DNA of 64,000 nucleotides from an uncultured Clostridia bacterium (GTDB lineage Bacteria; Bacillota; Clostridia; TANB77; CAG-508): NCBI GenBank assembly GCA_944392425.1, contig CALXWM010000001.1, positions 23,589 to 87,588 of the forward strand, read 5' to 3'. Shown piece by piece: positions 57,777 to 64,000 of this stretch (position 1 is its first letter; each line of letters starts with the position of its first letter). The notes under the pieces were generated by a model. It saw only the letters and a program-made list of their open reading frames with translations, ran no database searches and was not told where the DNA came from. The position numbers and the translations under genes were made by a program.

Positions 57777-60242
57777 ATGGGAGCTTTTAAATGTGATACA
57801 GATGCTTTAAACAGTAAAGTTAATTTGAATTTAAAAAAAGGAAAGCGTTGCTTAGATGATGGTGCAAATACATTAGCTTCTATTTCCATACCATCAAATT
57901 TTTCATATAGAGCTTCTTTATCGTCAATGCCATCAACGATAAGAAACAATGGAGAAAAAGTCAATGAATTGCAAAGATGGGTAACAGATGTAGTAAATAA
58001 ATTTACAAATGCTGAAAGTGCTAATAATTTAATAGTAAATGGAATTAATAATAATATAAATATAAATTATAGCACAGAAAGTGTGGCAGTTGTTAAGTCT
58101 GAAACAACTTCAATATCTTCAATATTTGGAAATATTGAAAGTATAATCGATTCTTTTGTAATAGATGCAGTAGAAAATGCAAGAGCAATAAAAGGAACAA
58201 ATGCTAACATCGAAGTTTCTTATGAAAATCCTATTACAGTGGAAGATGGAATTGCAGTTATATCAACAATGATTGATTCAATACCATTTTTGAAAGATAC
58301 AGCAACAACTATATGTACAACTTTTAATGCGATTAGTAGCATTATAAAAGGATTGGCTCAATTGGTAGGAGCATTAATTGATGCAGGAGCAATATTAGGT
58401 GGATTGGTAGTGGGTGCAGTTACAGGCATAGGAGAAATAATTGCATATTTATGTACTGATTCCACATTATCATTAGATGAGCTTGAAGAAAAATTGGAAA
58501 ATGGTATTACAGCAGAAATATGGGGAACAGTAATGGATTTTGTTTCAACAAGTTATGTGGAAAATGCGTGGAATGACTTTTATGAGAATAATTTATTGGG
58601 ACAATTCATAGATAGCTATGCAGTAGGAATATTTAAACATGATGGAATTGGTTGTGATATATTGGCAGGAATAGGATATGTTGGTGGAATTGTAGCACTA
58701 ACAGTTTTTACTGCAGGGGTAGCTGGATTAGGGCTAGGAGCATCTGCTGGAGCAGGAACGGCAGCAGGAACGGCAGCGGGAACGGCAGCAGGAACAATGG
58801 CGTCAACAACAACATCAACACTAATTTCTAGTGCTTATGCTGCAATATCAGCTTTCGGAAAATATACCGGGGAAAGTTGGGCAGAAGATAAAATGTCATC
58901 ATGGGAAGGAATACAAGAAGCGGTAAGAAATGGAGATATTAGCCAATCAGATTATGAAAAAATGAAGCAAATAAGAGATTTATCAGATGAAGAATGGAAT
59001 GAAATATATAATGAATATCTTAATGGAAATATAACTTTAGAACAATTGCAAGAAATGAAACAAATAAGAAAAATACCAGATGATTGGAAAACAGCAGAGA
59101 ATACTGTAGCTGGATTAGAATATGGCAGTCTTAATGCTCTTTGGGAAGGTGCTCAGTGGTTAGTAGGAGGATTTTTAGGAGAAATAACAGCGGGATTCGG
59201 AAAAGTTGGAGCATCAATAAGAGTGGGTGTTGATTCGTTATTTAATACAGCAGATACACCGTTTAGATCTTTAATTACAGCTGCAACAGAAGGAAAAAGC
59301 TTTGGAGATGTTTTTGAAACAAATGGAGGCTGGTCATCTGTGATTACAGATTTAATTGTTGGATTAATAGGATCTACAGGAGGAGAAATCTTTAACTCAT
59401 CAAAATTAAATAATAATACATTAAATAATGACGATGCATTCGTAACAGAAATCAATGAGAGTAAATTGTTAGATAAATTAAAAGAATTTATTGGAAATAA
59501 AAATACAAATATAAATGTAAATGCAAATTCAAGTCAAAATGCTAATCGTATTGACTATAGTAAATTTAATACTCCAGACATCGATTTAACGGAATTTATA
59601 AAAGCAAAAAATGCCTATATGAAATTTTATGAAGATAATATTCAATTCTTTCAAAATTATGGAATTGACAAAAACTTTATTGAACAACAATTTAACCAGG
59701 TTTGTTTATGCAATGATCAAGAATATCTTAATTATGTAAAAATGTGCTTTGGACATGGCGTAAGCTGTACGGCATTTAATTATCAAGGTTATTCATTCCT
59801 ACCATCAAATTCACTTGCAAAAGATATAGCTCATGAAATAACGCATTCTTTTGGAAATATATATCTTAACGAACAAGGACAATATGTAACAAATTATATT
59901 GCTTTAGATGAAGCTTTTACAGAAACAGTAGCAACTAGCATAGGACTAGATGCGATAACAGCAGTAAGTTATTCAGGTAATACTGATTTTATAAGAGAAA
60001 TAAGTGAAAAATTAGATACTCATGGATATTATAATGCCTTTTTTGATGCATATATATCGAGAAATGGAGATAAGATTAAAAATATAATAGATAGAATTGC
60101 AGGAAATGGTTCATATAATGAATTAGCAAATATGTTTAAAGAGAGCCAAAATGCATTTGTTGAAGCATATCAAACTAATGACTGGAGTAAATACTACACA
60201 ATAAAAAGCCAAATAGAAGATATTATATCAAGATTAAATTAG
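57777..60242 (+). CDS. Large polymorphic-toxin-like protein: N-terminal domain, central glycine-zipper TM region, C-terminal HExxH zinc-metallopeptidase-like domain
   Basis: TM/Gly-zipper segments (GLAQLVGALIDAGAILGGLVVGAV; GIVALTVFTAGVAGLGLGASAGAGTAAGTAAGTAAG). C-terminal AHEITHSF with downstream EAFTE (zincin-like). Located 1.8 kb upstream of essC. Confidence 0.55.
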   Translation: MGAFKCDTDALNSKVNLNLKKGKRCLDDGANTLASISIPSNFSYRASLSSMPSTIRNNGEKVNELQRWVTDVVNKFTNAESANNLIVNGINNNININYSTESVAVVKSETTSISSIFGNIESIIDSFVIDAVENARAIKGTNANIEVSYENPITVEDGIAVISTMIDSIPFLKDTATTICTTFNAISSIIKGLAQLVGALIDAGAILGGLVVGAVTGIGEIIAYLCTDSTLSLDELEEKLENGITAEIWGTVMDFVSTSYVENAWNDFYENNLLGQFIDSYAVGIFKHDGIGCDILAGIGYVGGIVALTVFTAGVAGLGLGASAGAGTAAGTAAGTAAGTMASTTTSTLISSAYAAISAFGKYTGESWAEDKMSSWEGIQEAVRNGDISQSDYEKMKQIRDLSDEEWNEIYNEYLNGNITLEQLQEMKQIRKIPDDWKTAENTVAGLEYGSLNALWEGAQWLVGGFLGEITAGFGKVGASIRVGVDSLFNTADTPFRSLITAATEGKSFGDVFETNGGWSSVITDLIVGLIGSTGGEIFNSSKLNNNTLNNDDAFVTEINESKLLDKLKEFIGNKNTNINVNANSSQNANRIDYSKFNTPDIDLTEFIKAKNAYMKFYEDNIQFFQNYGIDKNFIEQQFNQVCLCNDQEYLNYVKMCFGHGVSCTAFNYQGYSFLPSNSLAKDIAHEITHSFGNIYLNEQGQYVTNYIALDEAFTETVATSIGLDAITAVSYSGNTDFIREISEKLDTHGYYNAFFDAYISRNGDKIKNIIDRIAGNGSYNELANMFKESQNAFVEAYQTNDWSKYYTIKSQIEDIISRLN

Positions 60243-60274
60243 AGGTCTTTAAAATTATGAAAGGAGGTTGAGAT

Positions 60275-60784
60275 ATGGAAAAATTTATAGATAAGTTAAT
60301 AAGAGATTTTGATGAATCTGTTATTAATGAAGAAAGTCGAGAAGAATTAACTAATGAATATAGAAAAAATTTGGAAAAAATAGAAGAAAACTTAAGGAGT
60401 ATCAATTACGAAGATGAAAAAATAGAAAATATAATGATGGGCATATCAAAAGAATGGATTAATTTGCCAGCAGAAGAAAAAAAAAGTAGATTACTTCATG
60501 ATGAAAGTTTTAATAAAATTATATTAATTTCAAATGAAGCTTTTAATAAGGCTAAAAACATTTTATTAAGTAGTGCTGTGGAAAAAGATTTTGACATTTC
60601 AAAAAAAATATATGAATTAGAAGAAGCATTAAAAAATGTAAAAAGTTATAATAAACAAAAAGCTATAAAGCTTGTTTCAGAAGGAGAATTGGATTTAAGA
60701 TTTATTGAAAATCCAAAAACAGAAATTGTTAGTTTGAGACTAGGATATATAAAAAATGCTAGAAGAGAAAGGAGGGAATTATAA
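60275..60784 (+). CDS. Hypothetical protein (169 aa); position suggests an immunity or accessory role
   Basis: RBS AAAGGAGG. Immediately follows the toxin-like gene. Helical, no known motif. Confidence 0.4.
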   Translation: MEKFIDKLIRDFDESVINEESREELTNEYRKNLEKIEENLRSINYEDEKIENIMMGISKEWINLPAEEKKSRLLHDESFNKIILISNEAFNKAKNILLSSAVEKDFDISKKIYELEEALKNVKSYNKQKAIKLVSEGELDLRFIENPKTEIVSLRLGYIKNARRERREL

Positions 60785-61089
60785 TGGATAATAATGGAAA
60801 AAAATATTTACCAATAGGAACTGTAGTAATGTTAAAAGGTGGGACAAAAAGAGTTATGATTACAGGATTTTGTCCAATACCTGAAAACGAAAAGGATAAA
60901 ATTTGGGATTATAGTGGATGTATGTATCCAGAAGGTTTTTTATCATCAAAACAAACTTGCTTATTTAATCACGACCAAATAGAACATATATATCATATGG
61001 GATTAATTGATGAAGAGGAAAAGAATTTTAAAGAAAAATTAAACCAAATAAGTGATGCAATAGAAAAGGCTAAAAAACAAGCAAATTAA
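60784..61089 (+). CDS. DUF4176-family protein (T7SS-locus-associated small protein)
   Basis: YLPIGTVVMLKGGTKRVMITGF... matches the DUF4176 signature (LPIGSVV.LKGG...MIIG). Start overlaps the previous stop (ATAATGG). Confidence 0.6.
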   Translation: MDNNGKKYLPIGTVVMLKGGTKRVMITGFCPIPENEKDKIWDYSGCMYPEGFLSSKQTCLFNHDQIEHIYHMGLIDEEEKNFKEKLNQISDAIEKAKKQAN

Positions 61090-61247
61090 AATAATTAATT
61101 ATATTAAAAACATAATAATATTATTAGTCAACAATGTATTTACAATATATAATAACAAAGGACAAAATAAAAAATTAATAACAGAAGATTATAAAAGAAC
61201 AAATGATGGAAAAATAAACAAATATTAATAAAATGGAGGAAAATAAT

Positions 61248-61862
61248 ATGGCAAAAATTCAAACAGTCGATTATGAAAAAATGCCTAGTGAGGCAAAACA
61301 AATGAGACAGGAGGGAAATTCACTTAATAATGAAATGGTAACAGCATATAATAGTGTAAAAGAGATGCATAGTTCATGGTATGGAAAAAGATATAATGAA
61401 TTAGCAAAATCTTTTAATAATATGATACCTCAATTAAATGAATTATTGGAATTAGTAGTAAGAGAAATTCCTTCTACATTAGAAACAATAGCAAATAATT
61501 ATTCACAAGCAGACAGAGGACAAAATGCAACATCTGTTGATAATACAAGTGCTAAAAAGATAGAAAACATAACAATAACAGATGATGTTGGAATGAGATT
61601 TATTACTTCAACAGTTGAGAGTGTACAACAACAAGTAGAAAGAAATTTTCAAAAATCTGTAGATCAAATGAACAAAATAGAATCTATATTTAACCAAGTA
61701 ACATGGGAAAGTGAAGCCGCAGATGCATTTAAAAATAAGTTTAAAAAATTAAAAAGTGATATTATAAATTCTTTTAATGATATTAAAAGTCAATTTACAA
61801 AATTGATGAATCAAACGAAAGAAGATGTACAAAGTGCAGAAACTGCAAATACTGTACAATAA
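61248..61862 (+). CDS. WXG100-superfamily (ESAT-6-like) secretion substrate, tandem two-domain form
   Basis: First half has the WxG motif in MHSSWYGKRYNELAKSF with a helix-turn-helix layout like EsxA. Second half repeats the layout with VTWESEAADAFKNKF. RBS GGAGG before ATG 61248. Immediately upstream of essC. Confidence 0.6.
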   Translation: MAKIQTVDYEKMPSEAKQMRQEGNSLNNEMVTAYNSVKEMHSSWYGKRYNELAKSFNNMIPQLNELLELVVREIPSTLETIANNYSQADRGQNATSVDNTSAKKIENITITDDVGMRFITSTVESVQQQVERNFQKSVDQMNKIESIFNQVTWESEAADAFKNKFKKLKSDIINSFNDIKSQFTKLMNQTKEDVQSAETANTVQ

Positions 61863-62054
61863 ATTTTATATATAAATTAGAATTTAATTAAAAATAGTTT
61901 TGAAAGCACATTTTATGTGCTTTCCTAGGCAATTAAACATTATAGAATGAATACTGGTCTAGGAAAACACATAAAGAGAAATTGTGGAAAATATATATGT
62001 AAATATGTATTTAAGAGATAATGATAAATAATTATAAAATATGAGGGATGTAAA

Positions 62055-64000
62055 ATGATTGTTACTCTAATAGGAAAAGATATAATTTATAAAACAAGAT
62101 TACCACAAGTACCAATGGGAAATTATTGGCTTACAGGAGAAAATGGTAAAAAGCTTATAAATATTGAAGCAGAAAATGGTGTATGGACAATTAACAGTAC
62201 ATCTCATTTTAAGATATTAAAACCTCAAAGTATAAAAACATTAAATGTTGCAAAAATAGCAAACGATGAAACAAATATACTATATAAAAGTAGTTTAGCA
62301 GAATATAGTATTCATTACTTATATATAGGTGATTTATCAAATAATGTTTTTGTATTATATTGTTCGCCTTCGTTTGAGGACAATTTTGTTAATTTGAAAA
62401 TGAATGTGATGCAAGAAATAAAAATAGGAAGCAGTAATGACAATGATATTATTTATCAAAATCCTCTAGTAAAACAACATCAAGCTAGAATTTTCTTAAG
62501 TAATGGAAAATTGCTTATAGAAAATTATGATGATAATTTTGGAACTTTTGTAAATAATATTTCTGTAGGAGATAAACAAAAACTTTTATTCAATGGTGAT
62601 ATTATTTATATTATGGGATTAAAAATTATTTTAATTGGATCAAATGTTTTTGTTAATACACCATTTAATAAAGTTGGATTTAATAAAAATATTTTTTATA
62701 TTAATTCATTTAATCTAGAAAAAATAGATGAAAATGATGAAGAAGATGATGAGGAAGTTGAACTTTACACAGACGAAGATTTTTTCGCTAGAGCTCCTCG
62801 TATTGTTAATTTAATTGAACGAGAAACAATAAAAATAGATCCACCTCCACAAAATCAAAATAAAGAAGGAACACCTCTTATTTATGTATTAGGCTCAAGT
62901 ATGACTATGGGATTGATAAGTGTTGTTACAATGGCTTCGACAATAGACAGGCTTGCAAGTGGAGAATCCTCATTAAAAGATTCAATATTTTCTATTATTA
63001 TATCTATGGCTATGATGGTTTCAATGATTCTTTTTCCAATTTTAAATAGAAGGTATGAAAAAAAACAAAGAGAAAAAATGGAAAAAACTAGACAAGATAG
63101 ATATAAAAGTTATATTAACTCTAAAATAGAACAAATAGATGATATAATGGAAAAACAAAGTAGAATACTTTTTGAGAATTATATATCAGCAGAAGAATGT
63201 GCAAAAAATATTTCAGTAAGAGGTCAAAGATTATGGGAGAGAAAAATAGATAGTAGTGATTTTTTGACAGTAAGACTTGGAATAGGTGATTTGCCGCTAA
63301 ATGCTGAAATACAATATCCTGCAAAAGAATTTACTATGGAAGATGACAACCTAGTAGAAATATTAAACACAGTAGCAAATAAGTCAAAAATTCTTAAAGA
63401 TGTACCAATAACATATTCGTTAGTTGAAAAAAATATATCTGCATTAATTGTAAAAAATAATGCTAGACTTCAAGAAAAATTTGTTCAAAACTTAATAGTA
63501 CAACTAGTAGCACTTCATAGTTATACTGATCTTAAGCTTGTTTTTTTACTTAACAAGGAGACTGCAGGTAAAATGGAACATCTAAAAACATTACCACATA
63601 TTTGGGATGACTTGAAACAAACAAGATTTTGGGCGGATAATTATGAAGATATGAAAGAAATTTCATCATATTTAGATAACGAATTAATGAATAGAATAAA
63701 TATTAAAAATAATGATGTAGATTATAAATCATTTAGACCATACTATTTGATAATTACAGATGACTATAAAAAAATAGAAAATCTAGAAATAATAAATAAG
63801 ATTCTTGGAATGAAAAAAAATTGGGGATTCAGTTTATTTTGTATTACAGATAACTTACTACACTTGCCTAATGAATGTAAAATATTTATCAATCTAAATA
63901 AAGATAAAGGAACACTTTATGAAAATGAAATGACTTATGATGCAGAAAAGGAATTTAAGTTTGATGAAACTTATACATTCTTTTTTGAAAATATTGGTAG
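62055..64000 (+). CDS. essC: Type VII secretion system FtsK/SpoIIIE-family ATPase EssC (YukB-like). Partial: continues past the window end.
   Basis: ATG at 62055 with RBS GAGGGA. Two N-terminal FHA-like modules (EIKIGSSNDNDIIYQNPLVKQHQARIF...), then TM helices (LIYVLGSSMTMGLISVVTMAS), then the start of the first ATPase region. The frame stays open to position 64000. Confidence 0.75.
   Translation, partial: MIVTLIGKDIIYKTRLPQVPMGNYWLTGENGKKLINIEAENGVWTINSTSHFKILKPQSIKTLNVAKIANDETNILYKSSLAEYSIHYLYIGDLSNNVFVLYCSPSFEDNFVNLKMNVMQEIKIGSSNDNDIIYQNPLVKQHQARIFLSNGKLLIENYDDNFGTFVNNISVGDKQKLLFNGDIIYIMGLKIILIGSNVFVNTPFNKVGFNKNIFYINSFNLEKIDENDEEDDEEVELYTDEDFFARAPRIVNLIERETIKIDPPPQNQNKEGTPLIYVLGSSMTMGLISVVTMASTIDRLASGESSLKDSIFSIIISMAMMVSMILFPILNRRYEKKQREKMEKTRQDRYKSYINSKIEQIDDIMEKQSRILFENYISAEECAKNISVRGQRLWERKIDSSDFLTVRLGIGDLPLNAEIQYPAKEFTMEDDNLVEILNTVANKSKILKDVPITYSLVEKNISALIVKNNARLQEKFVQNLIVQLVALHSYTDLKLVFLLNKETAGKMEHLKTLPHIWDDLKQTRFWADNYEDMKEISSYLDNELMNRINIKNNDVDYKSFRPYYLIITDDYKKIENLEIINKILGMKKNWGFSLFCITDNLLHLPNECKIFINLNKDKGTLYENEMTYDAEKEFKFDETYTFFFENIG

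Overview
This 64-kb window comes from a very low-GC, spore-forming Firmicute, apparently clostridial. Genes run at roughly 28-33% GC, and several intergenic tracts exceed 85% AT. The gene content (rsmI-abrB, spmAB, murA-spoIIR, tadA-tRNA-SRP RNA-dnaX-ebfC-recR, ypeB, murF-ddl-yqeK) matches the origin-proximal region of Bacillus/Clostridium chromosomes. A complete type II fatty-acid/acetyl-CoA carboxylase operon is present (BPL-fabH-fabD-fabG-fabF-accB-fabZ-accC-accD-accA-fabI) but it has no acpP. Accessory material is interleaved with these core genes. (1) Three Rpn/YhgA-type PD-(D/E)XK nuclease genes are present: two full length (one frameshifted and bracketed by direct repeats) and one stand-alone C-terminal fragment, all preceded by the same promoter module with tandem Spo0A-box-like sequences. 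(2) A small GC-rich island encodes a secreted protein next to an orphan Spo0A C-terminal-domain protein. (3) An orphan VirD4/TraG-type coupling protein sits with a DnaJ-like protein and two unknown proteins just upstream of the fab operon. (4) An AT-repeat-flanked block carries an SbcD/SbcC-like (YhaO/YhaN-type) pair, a CDF transporter, an ISAs1-family IS, and the start of a type VII secretion locus (large HExxH toxin-like protein, DUF4176, tandem WXG100 protein, EssC truncated at the window end). Three families of structured intergenic repeats that no gene explains are also present: two long palindromic element families showing compensatory base changes, and a family of eight short hairpins with a conserved GGGACGG loop concentrated in the fab operon leaders. 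RNA genes found are tRNA-Arg(CCT), tRNA-Ser(CGA) and an SRP RNA.
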